A DNA stretch of 64,000 nucleotides from the NCBI GenBank assembly GCA_001938485.1, contig MQRK01217891.1:26121-90120 (forward strand). The letters are read 5' to 3'. Source of the stretch: Girardia tigrina (taxonomy: Eukaryota). The notes beneath the pieces were generated by a model. The model was given only the letters and a program-made list of their open reading frames with translations, ran no database searches and was not told the origin of the DNA. The stretch's first letter is position 1. Each line of letters opens with the position of its first letter. The translations under genes and the position numbers were made by a program. Shown here piece after piece: positions 27,129-40,740 of the stretch.

Positions 27129-27179
27129 GAAATATGGCTTTCTTTTTTTAATGAAATATAAACTAATTCGTTCAACATA

Positions 27180-28443
27180 TTAGGTTGAACCAAAAGTCTT
27201 TTCGTATTTTTTATTAAAAATTTAAACATAATTTTACAACAAATAAAAAACATTTAAGTTTCAAAGTACAAGCTATTTAAATCTATAGCTTGAAACAATC
27301 TATGGGCAAGTTGTGCGATCCCGCTGCGGTACCAATCCTTGTTCTTAGAAGCGAAAAACTGGTGACACCCGTTTTCGACCTCGGCCAGATTATTCAAGCT
27401 GTGACCACGAAGAAAGTGCGCCATAGAGCGGAAAAGGTGATAGTCGGATGGTGTAAGATCCGGACTATACGCTGGGTGTGGAAGAAGTTCAAAGGCGTTT
27501 GTTTGGCGGTGTGCGGTTTTGCATTGTCATGTTGTAGAAGAACTCGTTTTCGATTGATCAAAGTGGGGTATTTCTCGCAAAGTGCCGCATACATTCGATC
27601 AAGTTTGAGCGCAGTAAAGATCAGCGTTGATGGTACGACCATTTGGAACCAGCTCGAAGTGAATCACGCCTTCGAAATTCCACCAAACACACAAAAGTGC
27701 CTTCCTTGAGGAACGATCTCGTTTCGCTACCGGTTTCACCATTTGTCCGGGGTCCAACAATTGATTTTGTTGGTCTGGATTACTGAAGTAAACCCACTTT
27801 TCATCACAAGTTACAATTCGACGGATGAAACGGTCATCGTGCGGATTTTCAAGCAATTTTTGACAAGTTTCGAAAAGCTTTTCGGCTTGAATTTGTGTCA
27901 ATTCATGAGGCACTTCTCGACATCGTCTATTGACCTTGCCAAGAGCGTGAAGGTGTCGTACAATGGATGTTTGATGAATATCGAGTTCGGCCGACAATCT
28001 GCGAGTACTTATTGACGGATTTGTCTCGACGGCTTCACGAATAGCTCCGGAATCTACGGTGATAGGTCGGCCTGAACGTGCATTGTCTCCGAGGTCAATG
28101 TCGCCTTCGTTGAACCTTTTGAACCAATTTTGTGCAGTACGATTTGAGACCACATTATCGCCTTCAACTTCGCATATCTTCTTTGTTGCTGCAGTTGCAT
28201 TTAAGCCATGTTTCCAGTAATGGCGTAAAAGAACACGAATTTCAAAATTTTCCATTTTTTTTTCTAAAAGACCATAAAAATTATATTAACGACTAATTAT
28301 AAGTTTTAATATATATTGTGATAGTGCAGTTCAAGAGCTTTAAAAACATATAACACATGTATATAAAATATCTTTATTTGATAATAAGAAACAATTGAAC
28401 AAAAAGACGTAGAAAATACGAAAAGACTTTTGGTTCACCCTAA
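27180..28443 (-). mobile_element. mariner transposon, near full length (1264 bp), frameshifted transposase from 28255
   Basis: TIRs TTAGGTTGAACCAAAAGTCTTTTCGTATTTT, TA TSD; VPHEL, IVTCDEKW and LQHDNAKPH motifs. Confidence 0.93.
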
Positions 28444-30445
28444 TAAATCAAAATTTTATTTTTTCCAACACAAATATAAAATACAAATTGTTGTTGCCAA
28501 TCACGAAATTTCCAGAATTACTCAAAGAAATAAGAAATATTTACTAGATTCAGCTTTTATAAATAAAAAATTAATTTTCCTTTTAAAGTTTTGTTTTTAT
28601 TAAAATTCATTTTTAAAACTTAATCCGGAACACATAGGACAGAGAAATATTGACAAGGATGGGAAGTATTGAGTGTAGGCATAATTTTATGCGAGAATCA
28701 TTGCAAGCGAGATTGCACTATTTTGCATGTGTAATCGATGAAAAAGGAATGTGATCAGTCCTCTCATGATGACGGCAAAACTGTTGAAATATACTATCTT
28801 AAAACATTTTAAAGTGTAGTTAGTTTTATGCATATTCATTATATTTATCTTGTCCATACATTATTGCTTTAACAGCCAGTCCATTAATTATCAAAATTAC
28901 TCATCATTCTAGATTCAAGTAGTTACTAATTAGTATGAATAATCAAAATGTCGACAATATTGTAATAAAAATGATTTGGATAATTGTCGCCACCAACCAT
29001 TCTTTAAAATTTTAAATATTTTCGTTTTTCACTATGTAATGAACTAATTAAAATTTGTGATTTTTAAAAATTTAAATATTCAACAAATCAATCGATCATC
29101 GGGGCCCAGAGAGAGTAAATGCTCTAAAAACAACAAGTTAAAAAGCATCCAAACAAAGAATATAATACAATGTTTATTGTTAATCTTAAAAATAATATGC
29201 AAAAATGGTAAACAATTTACACAATTTATCAACATTAATTACGACGGTTTCTCAAATCTGGTACGTATTTTTAATCCAATCATTCCATAGATTTGATATG
29301 CTTATTTAACCACCGAGCTTTCCTTCACAATTTATATTTTAGAGTAAAGAATTTTTATTTATTAAATACTTTCTTCTCATTTAAAAAGAAATTTAAAAAA
29401 TAAAAGGTGTACCATGTTAAAATATTATTTTTGACTTTTATAAATATGATTTAGGAACATAAATTTCATAATTTTCTGATAGATGACATTATCCAAATTT
29501 CCCAAAAAATTTTTAAAATCAAGCGGAACAGATATTTTTTAATATTTACTTCAAACATCTTTTTTGACTGATGTATCTAGTTCTTTATCTATTACTAAGG
29601 CAATTGAGAGGCAGCAAAATTTGAATGAAACAATTTTATCAATATTTCCGAGAATAAATCCGATATGAAGGAAAAATATATCTGTAAGTCACACTGTTAC
29701 ACTTTGTCGCAATTTGAATAGATCGAATTAGAAAAGTAATTCCCGTAAATTGTTATTATTCACTCTTTAAATGGGTGGATGAATTAATCATTGATCTCTG
29801 ATAATTTGCTGTGTTATTCAGTTTTATTTTATGAGGCTTTGAGTAAGTTGTCGTTCGTATATCGGGGATGCGAGTTAAAGACGATTCTTTATAATGAATA
29901 TTGATACTGGCGTTATCTCTGAAAATTGTACTCAATTTTTCGAGTCTGCATAAATATCTTGGAACAAAAGTTTCATGACAAAAATATTTAAAGTGTACAG
30001 ATTGAATGACACAATGTCGTCACGAATATACAGTATTAATTATGAAATGTTTCTACAGGACGCAAATTATAAAATGAAAAGTATTTATTATTCTTCATTT
30101 AATTATAAAACAGGTGTTTACATTAATTAAAATTACAAAGCCCTGCTAAATTCTATTTAAATATACATTTTAAATCAAATTTTAAGAAAAGATATATTTT
30201 TAAAACACCAAGGAATTCAAGACGGAAACCCTAATTATCGCCTGCATGACCTTATTCACATTACATATGTATTAACAATATATATATCACCTATACATGT
30301 TCAACAATAAAAATCCGACACCATCAGAATTATGCTCCAATCTCGCATGTATATGTGACATACATAATGCAACATTTAAACAAACATAGATATATAAGTA
30401 CAACAGTATTAATTTTCCAAATTAATAAAATGTAATATTATAAAG

Positions 30446-30699
30446 GAAGAGATATTCCGTTGGGAAGTTCAACGCCAGTCACGGCGGTAGAAAACCTTAT
30501 CAGAACAACTCTCCAAGAACCTTTCACTACTCCTCCATCAACGAGATTCGTAAACGGCTCCACCACAACTCGATCAATTAGAAACGGAACCCAGTTAATC
30601 GAAAATGTTGATCCATACGTGCGCTGTCAATCGAGACATTTTCAGAATCCCTCGAATCTGAGATCGGGGGCGGTTATTTCCACATTCGGTGGAATCCGA
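30446..30699 (+). CDS. BAG6: BAG6 exon 8
   Basis: taaAG phase 1; contains DPYVRCQSRHF; donor GTAGTT gives a 51-nt intron (alternative phase-0 donor at 30673). Confidence 0.78.
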
Positions 30700-30750
30700 G
30701 TAGTTGTTTTATAATGTATTAGATGAATGTCTATCTGTCATGATTATCAG

Positions 30751-31015
30751 TTGCGAGAGAGCTCAAGGACTCGTTTGAGACCGACTGATGGTACAACGAT
30801 GTCGGGGACAGCCGCAACGCCTGCAACGAGTGCCGGTAACACGAATATTCACCACACAAGCACAACTACCAACACTCTCGGATCAGGTCACATCCCACAG
30901 TCGACTTCCACAGATAATCGGGACGGAGATCCAATTAGATCTTTCATTGGAGGATTGATTAATTCGATTTTCTCCAATTCTGGTGATAGTTCTTCGAACA
31001 CGGCGACAGATAACA
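30751..31015 (+). CDS. BAG6: BAG6 exon 9
   Basis: tatcAG, LRESSRTRL...IRSFIGGLINSIF...TDN, donor GTAAGT. Confidence 0.85.
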
Positions 31016-31882
31016 GTAAGTCCTGTGATTATTATTATTAATTATCATTTACTTTTAACTTACTTGCAAATAAGAATGTTTTGAAATATTAAGGAATTCA
31101 CGATTTTTAGAATTACAGTGATCTTTTTCTAAATGGAACACTAACCTGTATTCTTAATCGCTCTCGAAATTGAAAATTAATTGATATTCTTATCATGTTT
31201 TTTGGTGCTGTTCAATTTAGGGAGTGTTAAATTTTGGAAGTGACCACCGAATTAATTATTTCTCAATCATAGATATTATTGAAATTGTAATTTATTATTT
31301 GTTTAATTATTTTTTATCATTTTAGATCTCAAACCTGTCTTTGTCATTTTTGTAATTGTTTGGAAAACTGTTTATTCGAAACAATATTACACAAATAAAT
31401 AATCGCAAAAAATATTACATAAAATTAGGTTTGGGTATGCCTTAAATAAACAGCGCTAAAAGACTTCATTTTATATGAACGGTGCACTCAATTTAACAAC
31501 TCATTCGTATCGAATAATTTCGGTTTCATCATCAGTTTCTGAGGTTATAACGCATTGAGCAATATCTATATTTGTATCTTCCTTTGTGCTGGGTATCCAT
31601 AATATCAAGCAACGTGTCTAAAGAAAATAAATTAAATTCCAAAACGAAATTTCTTTATACAGTAAAACTTCTCCTTCCGACCGCCTGTCTTTTCAGACCA
31701 CAAATTTTGTGACCGGGGGTCTGCCATTGAATTTTACCTAGCCATTTCGACCACCTGTCTAAGGTTTATTGCGGCCAACCTCTTGAGGTACTACGATTAA
31801 AAATTACCTGTTTATTACGACCACTTATTGTTGATAGCCAAAAAAAATTTTGAAACCTAAAGAAAACCTTTTTTCTATTACT

Positions 31883-32449
31883 CTAAATAAAATCATTTTC
31901 ACTGTCCAATTCATCATCAATTCGTAATCACAAATTTTGGTCCTTAAGAGGACCGTATTTCTTTCGCAATTATTAGAAGTACTTGAGGAATCACCGATGA
32001 AATAATCTGGTTGAAACAATTTCCCAAGATTCGAATTCAGTACTTAATCGAGAGTAATTCGAGTAACTATTCAATTCAACCGTATCGCTGATCGGCACAC
32101 ACTTTCCATAGATTCCAGAAGTAAAGTAAACATAAATTCACTGTAATTGCAAATCACTGTCGCCTTCGTAAACACCAGTGGTCGATTTAACACCGTGTTC
32201 GATGGTGATTATTTTCCAAAACGTCGTTCCAATACTGTTTCCACAACTTTGAAATATTCTCATTAATTCATACCATTGATCTTGAATTTCTTCACAAATT
32301 TTAGTAGGTGCTGAAATCTCGTCAGTTCCCTTGATACGCAATCTCTGATCGGGAATCCTTACATGATTATCTTCAAAAGTCTTTATAAAATAATCCACAT
32401 TAAAAATATAGCCAAACGGCAAAGTTATCTGTTCTTTTAAATTAGACAT
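31883..32449 (-). pseudogene. Divergent beta-tubulin pseudogene (N-terminal part joined to an acidic tail)
   Basis: [20 protein letters not shown]...[15 protein letters not shown]...GKCVP...LGKLFQPDYF...NN matches the beta-tubulin N-terminus; ends DDELDSENDFI*. Confidence 0.8.
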
Positions 32450-32568
32450 TCAATTTCAGTTAATGAAAAGAAAATCGATGTCGCTAACAAGTTTTTATTT
32501 AGCTATCAATCATATAACAATAATTGGTTTAAACAAACGAATTCAATTAACAAAATTTTAAAATCCAA

Positions 32569-32610
<42 letters not shown>

Positions 32611-32689
32611 GGGGCGGATTTCTGAATTACTGCTATTAGTAACTGCTATTTCCTCTTTACTGATTTTTAGTAACAATCAATCATTTCTA

Positions 32690-33163
32690 TGCCCCACGTT
32701 TTTGGTTAGGTATAAAATTTCTCACATGTCTAGAAAAAAATTATTTTCCTCTTTTTAGTGCATTGGTAATGCTTGAAAAACGTGGTTATTTTTATAAAAA
32801 AATTTTTTTATTAATAATATTATTTAACTATTTTTAGTTATCATTTAGGAATTTTTTTTATCAAATTGTATTGTTATCGGAAGCAAGCCTGGATAATAAT
32901 TCATTCATGAAAATAAACGAAAAGATTGCTATTTAATACAGTTTATAAATTTGTAGATAATCGTAAGTGGTTTTTTGCAAAAAAAATTAGAAAAAATTAT
33001 TGTTTTTCAAAATTTTTTTATCAAATTGTATTGTCATCGGAAGCAAGCCTGTATAAAAAATTCAGCTCAAAGGATGACTGAAAGTGGTCGAAAAATCAAT
33101 CGCAAGATTTGTTCCAGACAGACAAACAGACAAGAAAGCAAGCTAATAAAAACGTGGTAATAA
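32690..33163. mobile_element. Probable Helentron-associated/DINE-like non-autonomous element
   Basis: Subterminal inverted CCACGTTTTT / AAAAACGTGG, CAGACAGAC microsatellite near one end, internal direct repeat tcaaattgtattgtnatcggaagcaagcctg. Confidence 0.45.
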
Positions 33164-33196
33164 AATGTTAACAACTTAGGTATATATATCATCAAA

Positions 33197-33302
33197 GAAT
33201 ATCTACCCATGAATAATGTCAGACTCAAATGATCAAACATCTCAGTGCAGTATCTCCACACGACTGCCGATTCATATTATCCATACAGAAACCATTCACT
33301 TA
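33197..33302 (-). pseudogene. Second copy of the PP4C pseudogene fragment
   Basis: ~100 bp nearly identical to ~26958-27058 (YESAVVWRYCTEMFDHLSL). Confidence 0.82.
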
Positions 33303-33733
33303 CAAATATAGCGATGTCAATATAGCATATTCTTAAAAAATCGAGTTTCTATGGAGAAGTGAAGACGCACATTTTTATGAAACCAATTAAGTTCTTGCTG
33401 TAAAGTTTTGTGATTGCGAGTTTTCTTCAATTTTGGAACTGTTTTAACGAAGGAATGTAACCGTCGGAATCAAAGGTTTCATCTCAGCCTCTAACTCCAA
33501 TGCAAAACATTTTAACAGCATTAAATGCAGCAGTATAGTATTTTTTATGATTTAGAATTTGCATAATGGTCATTAGAAATGGATTACACAAAACTTTTAT
33601 TGGCTTTTTAAACTTTATATCATTATTTTACCACCAATGGGATTTCATTATTTTTTCTGAATTCTTTAATATATTATCTGTAATTTTATATATTATATTT
33701 TCAAATTACATTTTCTATCTTATTTCTCCTCAG

Positions 33734-33922
33734 TCACTCCTGGAATCGCTAATGTTACAGCCACCGTCTCTACTGTACCGATACCGACACAAAATATCGG
33801 AAATGTAACTACCACTGGTGCTAATTTGTCTTCTTTGCCAAATGATTTCACCAGATTCTTACAATCGATATCCTCTACTGGCAATCTCAATCTGAACGCT
33901 CCTCTCGGTCAATTGTTTCCAG
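33734..33922 (+). CDS. BAG6: BAG6 exon 10
   Basis: ctcctcAG phase 1, (I)TPGIANVTATV...APLGQLFP, donor GTTTCT, 56-nt intron. Confidence 0.82.
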
Positions 33923-33978
33923 GTTTCTTGGCTTCATGTTTCTAGTTGACTTTCTAACCGAGAGATTTTATTTGATAG

Positions 33979-34340
33979 AAATATTCAACAGTCACGAAAC
34001 CGATACCGAGAACAACATAACCAATCAGATCATTCATTTGGTTGTCAATAGATTAACAATGATCGATTTCACGCAAATAATTCACGGTGTTTATAATCCA
34101 TTGAACTCATTGAGAATTCCACTGCAAGATTTGCTTCAGCGACACCAACAGCAATGTGACGGATCTCGCGAGAGAATGCTAGAAAATGTTGTCATGGACC
34201 TTGAGTTCTTCAATAGAGTATATATGTCCATTTTTGACCGATTGAGAAGCCCTGAAGCCGTAAGTGGTCTCAGCGATGATGCCCGTAATAATTTCAATAG
34301 TTCCATCGATATTCCACGGACAATCAACAATCTCAATAGA
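33979..34340 (+). CDS. BAG6: BAG6 exon 11
   Basis: gatAG phase 1, (E)IFNSHETD...LTMIDFTQIIHGVYNPLNSLRIPLQ...TINNLNR, donor GTACAA. Confidence 0.85.
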
Positions 34341-34665
34341 GTACAATTTCGTTTATATTGCGATATTTACTAAAATATTTTTTACATAAAAATTTTATGT
34401 AACTTATTATAATTTTATTTATATTGATATTTTAGTTTTATTTTGAAATTTTGAAATACTATTTTAGGTAATGTTTCAATCCAAATGTATTAATAATTGA
34501 TCTTTATGAAAAAAATTATCAATAAACTCTCATCTAGAATGAAATAATCCTGGTCACTTAAATGGACTCACTTTAATCCATCCAATCGATCATAAACATG
34601 GAATAAAGATCAATTGGTGTGACACAATTCATTGACACCTTACTTGAGTAAACTCAAAGAAAATA

Positions 34666-36342
34666 CCGTATTACTTCGATTTAACGCCACCCTCGATTTA
34701 ACACCTCATCCTTATGCGATATTTAATAATAAACGCCGCATTAAAGAATACCATTATACAATCAATCATAATTTATAATATAATATATCTAAAAGTAAGA
34801 TTGTGTTTCAAGCACCAGTATAATTTTATTAATTAAAAAGTATTATATCACTCCTATTTCTATCTTATCCACGTCATCATTCCCTTCATCGGCTTCATCT
34901 TCTTCTTCCCCCATGTATGGTATAGTTTCTTACACTGGGTATATGAGTTCATCTATAGCTGATTCTGCAACTTCGCCTTTTCTAGTACAACTGATGACGG
35001 CAGGATCGGAAGAAGTGATGCCTCACACTTGGAAAGACTTGATAATTATTTCTTGTGACACGTAATTCCACGCTTACTTTATCCATTTTACCATGTCAGC
35101 CTTCCTGGGGGCGCGATTTCCTGCAGGTGTACAACTAGCTGATCGACTTTTATCTTGTAACCAATTTTCATAAAATTCGTGATACTTGTCTTTGAACGGC
35201 TTGTTCCATGACACATCCACTGGTTGAAGAAGCTTCGAGTAAACACCAGGAATGCATGCAATTGTTGTCTTTGAAGTTTTCAGAGCAGCACGTACCTCAG
35301 CGGTTAAATAGCAACGGAATGAGTCCCAGACCAAGAGTCTCTGATGAAAGGCAAAGTTACCCCACACCTTGTTAATCCACGTCATAGTATTGTAAAGGTT
35401 CATCCAACCATTGTCGGACAGATCAATGATAACGCCTCGTATTCCTACAAACTCTGTCGGCATTCTTTTTCCTTTAAACACGACAAACGGAGGTAATTTA
35501 CGTCCATCAGCCATGGCTGACAGACATACTGTGATGTGACTTTTTTCATGTCCAGTCGTAAGCATAGGAACATGCTGTACTCCACGAATATCCACTGTTG
35601 TATCTCCGGGCATATCTGCCCATATTGCGGTTTCGTCTATGTTGCCAATATTTTCTGACCGCAGCAGATGTTGGCATCGTTGATCTTTGCAATAGCAGAC
35701 GAATTTCACTACCTTTCACTTTACCAACTGTGGTGGAAGTCATTGTCCAGTTGTTGTTTTACTACGGAGGACGAAATTATGTGCTCCATAAACTTTTCTA
35801 CTCATCCACGACTTGCTTTGAAAATGGGGTCGTTGGCTAGAGCAATAGGCTTGCTGCATATAGATTTGCATGTAACTCGATGATAGAGTGAGCGTTCATA
35901 TAAAATCCACTGTCGTATTTTAATTTCCATTTTTTCATTATTAACTTTACGACCACCGCCAGGAAGACGTCCTTTTGAGGCTTTGCATGCTCCAATTGAT
36001 GCATCGAGATCTGAAAACTTTCCAGCGGCTTCCTGTTGTCTCCATTCACGAATCCCTTTTTCGTCAACATGAAGCTGCGCTGCTGCTGGACGATTTCCTT
36101 TCATTTTTGCTAGGTCGACAGCTCTCTGTTTGAAAGCTAGGTCATAAGATCGTTTGATCGGCATTCTTTTCTATAAAAAATAAGCGAATATATTGTGTAT
36201 TTTAGAACAAATTTTATTTAATTTAAATTTTTTTATTTTAATTTTTTTTAATTTCTGAAATAAGCACCGACTTCGATTTAACGCCGCACCTTCGATTCTG
36301 CATTTGAAATAAACGCCGCGGCGTTATATCGAAGTAATACGG
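34666..36342 (-). mobile_element. pogo-superfamily transposon (Brinker-like DBD, CENP-B HTH, DDE), internally damaged
   Basis: TIRs CCGTATTACTTCGAT.TAACGCC, TA TSD; KRSYDLAFK...IREWR, IGNIDET, LLVWDSF, LLQPVDVSWNKPFK. Confidence 0.92.
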
Positions 36343-38954
36343 TATGTGATTATAATCGAACAAAAATAAAAATGGGAATGTACAAATATCTATTCATTTG
36401 TATATGAGCAAGAAATGCAAATGATTGAATCTATTTGAAATCATTTTGTTGTGGGAAATAGGAATAAGAAATGGACTTACAAAAATCACTAAATTTTGGA
36501 ATATTAATATTTTTACTTTCCGCTTTAAGTTTTTATGATAATTTAATGATTTTTTTCTTTTGTTTAATTAGGATAAAATATTACAATAGAGTTTTCTTTT
36601 GTTTTTCAATTAAACTATTTTTTGCACATATCATCGTTCCAATATCATTGTCCCAGTATTTTCTTTTTATATCACTTATAATTTTCATTTTATCAATATC
36701 CTCAATTATATTGTACTTATTTTGTCCATCGGTAATTAGTCAATACAATATTTGCTGAGATCAACTGTGTTGCAGAAATCATTGTATTAATTGATTCTCA
36801 TTGAGTGAGAGGCTCATAGCTACTTTTTTGCAAAAATAAGTTCCTTCATTCGTCATTCAAATTGTTGGAAAAACTGGTATTTTTTTCTTAACTAACTATT
36901 TCTATCTGTCTGTGACTCCATTTCGTTGAAAATTTTACCTCAATTCAACCAACTCCTCGTAACGCAAGTGCTTGTTCTTTTGCATGCGTATTTAAGCCAC
37001 TTAATAAATCTTATTCATTTAGAAAAGATAAGACATTTAAAAATAGAAAACGATAATTGGAGCAAGTGAAGAATATATAGGAGCAATTATGATAGAAAGT
37101 GCGAGAGATCGCTGTCAATTTTGTAAAACATTAACATTTCATTTCTGTATAATTATTTACGTACCCAATTATGAAATAGTGCTTTGTATACAAAAATCAC
37201 TAGAATTAACTTACCACAGAAATATGAATTAGTGCTGGGCTAAATTACATGACTAAACGACTTTTGTTCTACTACTTATAACTTTACGTATGAAAAATTC
37301 TAGCTCTTCGCTTTCTCTCGGATGCTTTAAGCGTTACCCGAGTAACTCTAGAAAGCTCTGCTAGTATGTTTAAAATACTAAATCTAGCAAAATCTTTTCC
37401 ATTGCATTATTTTAACCTTTTTTCGTTGCAACATTTGTTACATTTTTTTCTCATTATCGGTCACAATTAGCTATTTATACAATTATAATCGGATTACCAC
37501 TTATCAACAATGCATTTTTAATAATCACAAAACCTACATCACACACTACTATTTTACCGTTCAAGTAATATACGATTTTAATGTTGTCTGTGTGAATACA
37601 AAGTTTACTCTGTTATGTATAATTATACATGTACAATGCTTGCTATACAGTTCTAAATACTTCTTAGGGCCACATTCTAGTCAATTGCTGCTGCGTTGTT
37701 ATTTAAGTAATCCAATGCCTTCATCAATCATGTTATTTTTTGTTTGATGAACCATGCTCATTATAACCGCTAAAAGAGTTAAAAAATCATTTCACTTTAT
37801 TAAGGAATTGTTAAAAAGATATTTTGCCGAAACATGAGCTCTTCCTGACTTCAATTTTTGGGACTTGTATCTGTTTATACGAAAAGTTCATTTTAAGTAA
37901 GAAACTAAATAAAATAACTTGATTTCTCTTATGTAAGCATATATACATTGTCATAAATAAAAATGATTATGAAATACAAAGAAATTTGTCGATATTTATG
38001 TATCTTACAGCGCTATTTTTGCTTCACATTTATTTCACATCATTCGTATAAACATCGAGTTGCAACATATAATATTGTGACGTAATTTTTACACAAATCT
38101 TCTTCAAATGTTATAATAGTTAGCTATGTGGTGTAATACAACAATCCGTTTAATAAAAAACAGATTTTTTTGGTATTTCTTTATATGTAAATAGTTTTTT
38201 GAGAATCAGTTTAGCGTAAAGTAGTAACAATATTTTTTCTATTTAAAATCTGTTTCAAAAAATTAAAAATAATGGCAAATTATGTTTATAAACAAAAACA
38301 CGCCATTTGTAAAATTTATTTTTTATGACAATTAATTTCGACGGTATAACAATTAAAATCTGTTTAATTGTTATTTTTATATAACAAGATTTAATTCTGG
38401 ATATATTCTATTCGTAAAGTTGATTACTATTTTGATAAATAATGTATCTGAGGGATTTGAATTAGATTATCTGAAGATTGTATTTATAATACTAAATGAA
38501 TGATTTGAGTAATTCTGTCGACCGTCAAGATTGCTTATCTCTATAAAATCTCGTGTCGAGCTATTTAATAGACTGTTTTTTATATCTTTATATGTTCACT
38601 GAGTTTGACTGAGTGAATATTAAGTAATTTATTGAGTTATTAGAACTTAATTTTGTTAGAAATACCAATTTAAGTAAAATATTGCTGTTGATAGGAATTC
38701 CACTTATACTGTAAAATTTAATGATAAAACTAAATTTTAAATTATTCTTATCCTAATTTCTTTTTTTCTACTTTTGTTAATGACGAGGAAATTTATTCTC
38801 TTTATGAATACTTTTAATGGCAAAATAAAAGATAATGAGTCGTTTAAGCAATTGTGTTAAGTTTATTATAAACTTAAGAAATATTTGATTTAATCTGTAG
38901 TGCTTCTGAATTCGCGGGTCTTATACTAATATATATATATATATCATGAATAAC

Positions 38955-39021
38955 AAACGCCATTTAAAAAAATTTTTATTTTTCAAAACATGTTTTGCCA
39001 TTACGGCATCATCAGTTTTCG
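38955..39021 (-). ncRNA. Degenerate Penelope-type hammerhead ribozyme motif
   Basis: Minus strand CTGATGA-T-GCC-GTAAT-GGC-AAAA-CATG-TT (GAAA read as AAAA), followed by the aatggcgttt motif. Confidence 0.5.
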
Positions 39022-39719
39022 AAGTAAATTTCAAATTACAAGTCATTTATATGGCACATTGACTAACGCAATTAATCTTTTTATCTTTTTTTTAATTAAT
39101 ATTATATATATATATATATACAATTTTGAGACGATTTTTACATAATCGATTATTTTAAATCGATTTAGGTTATGTCAATAACATTCTTAGGAGCAGTAAT
39201 TTAGGTCTATTGAATGATTTATTTTTGGTGTGCTTTGTTAAATATTCGAAACTAACTATTTCCAAATATGTTCAGTCTGAAATTTAGAATACGATTTATT
39301 TTTGTATTAATTTCTGTAACCACTTAATGATTAAAAAAATCTCTTTCCTTTTATCTGAACTTCATAATATCTGAAATACTCCGAAATTGTCTTTCTTATT
39401 CAATTTTCTTCACCCAAGTGTGAATAAACATGTTAAACGTATAACTGTATTTGACCTATATTTATAAGTTATTTTATTTATAATTATATATTTAAATCAT
39501 ACTTGATGAACAAAATTGATGTAAAAGAAAAATGCCTATATTTCGAAATAGATAAAAATATTTCTAAAATATCTTTTAACTATTTTTATACTTGATAAGC
39601 ATACTGACAATTTACAAAACAATTATTTTCAAAAAAATAATTATTATCCTTCGTTATTTCATAAAATCCTTATGGAAAAAATTGTGAGATATTCCATAAT
39701 TGTTTCATTATTCCATCAG

Positions 39720-39912
39720 CATCACGCGCGAGTTGTTATTGACACTATTCTTCGGAGCCCAACAGATCAAGGGTTCGGTCATACGTTAATGAGCAGCATG
39801 TTGTCTCACCACCATGAATCACTCGCACTACTTGATATTATTTGCAACAACAATGACGAGTTACGGCAATACATGGTGAGAGCATTCGTTGAGTCTCTCA
39901 TGTCATCAATGG
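39720..39912 (+). CDS. BAG6: BAG6 exon 12
   Basis: ccatcAG phase 0, HHARVVIDTILRSPTDQGFG...LMSSM, donor GTATTT, 49-nt intron. Confidence 0.85.
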
Positions 39913-39961
39913 GTATTTTTTACAAATGTTATGTTTATATAAAATCATAATAAAACCATAG

Positions 39962-40215
39962 ACGATTCTCCTTTCAACGTATCTCAATCAAATGGCCATG
40001 AACGCAACCACCAATTGGGATTCGACTTAATATTCGGTAATGTAAATTCTCGTCTGTTCCGCCGCCCGGAACATTTATCTCAACTACGGGAAAATGTAAT
40101 GGCCTCATATGTCGTCAATATCGATCTTAACAGAATCAATGAGAACAATATCGACGGTCATTCTACTCGACCAACAGACGACAATGACATCATGATGGGA
40201 GATTCTTTGGAAGAT
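39962..40215 (+). CDS. BAG6: BAG6 exon 13
   Basis: ccatAG phase 1, (D)DSPFNV...MGDSLED, donor GTAATA. Confidence 0.82.
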
Positions 40216-40531
40216 GTAATATGATCGATTTTTAAAATTTTTTATGTTCAGCAATTACTTATTTATTAATTTATTACTCTAGTTTGGTTTACAACTAAAA
40301 TAAGAATTTTTTATACAATATTGATGAATAGCTTTAATTACTTTAATTTATTACATGTTATATAATATTAATTTTGTTTAATATTGTTAAGTATTGATTT
40401 AGTTTTTTGATTTTATATTATATTTTGTTATGAACAAACAAAAAAACTGCAAAAGAGAATTTTAAAGGTTAGTATTATTGAAGACTTTAACCATTACTAT
40501 ATGAATCCTCTTCAAAGGTATTATTAAATTA

Positions 40532-40740
40532 CCGTGTTTCCTCGATTGAACGGCCCGCTCGATTGATTTTCTGTCATTTTACCACATTCATCAATATCTA
40601 TATCCGCGTCTTTATTTGTAGGTAAATCCACATTTCTTAGAACGGTGTTTGATCTCAATTTGAAATAAAATCGAATAAGAAATTAACACAAAATCATAAC
40701 ATTTTAATCAACGGCGCGCCGTTTATTCGATGAAATACGC
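40532..40740. mobile_element. pogo-type MITE
   Basis: Imperfect TIRs CCGTGTTTCCTCGATTGAACGGC / GCCGTTTATTCGATGAAATACGC, TA flanks. Confidence 0.7.
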
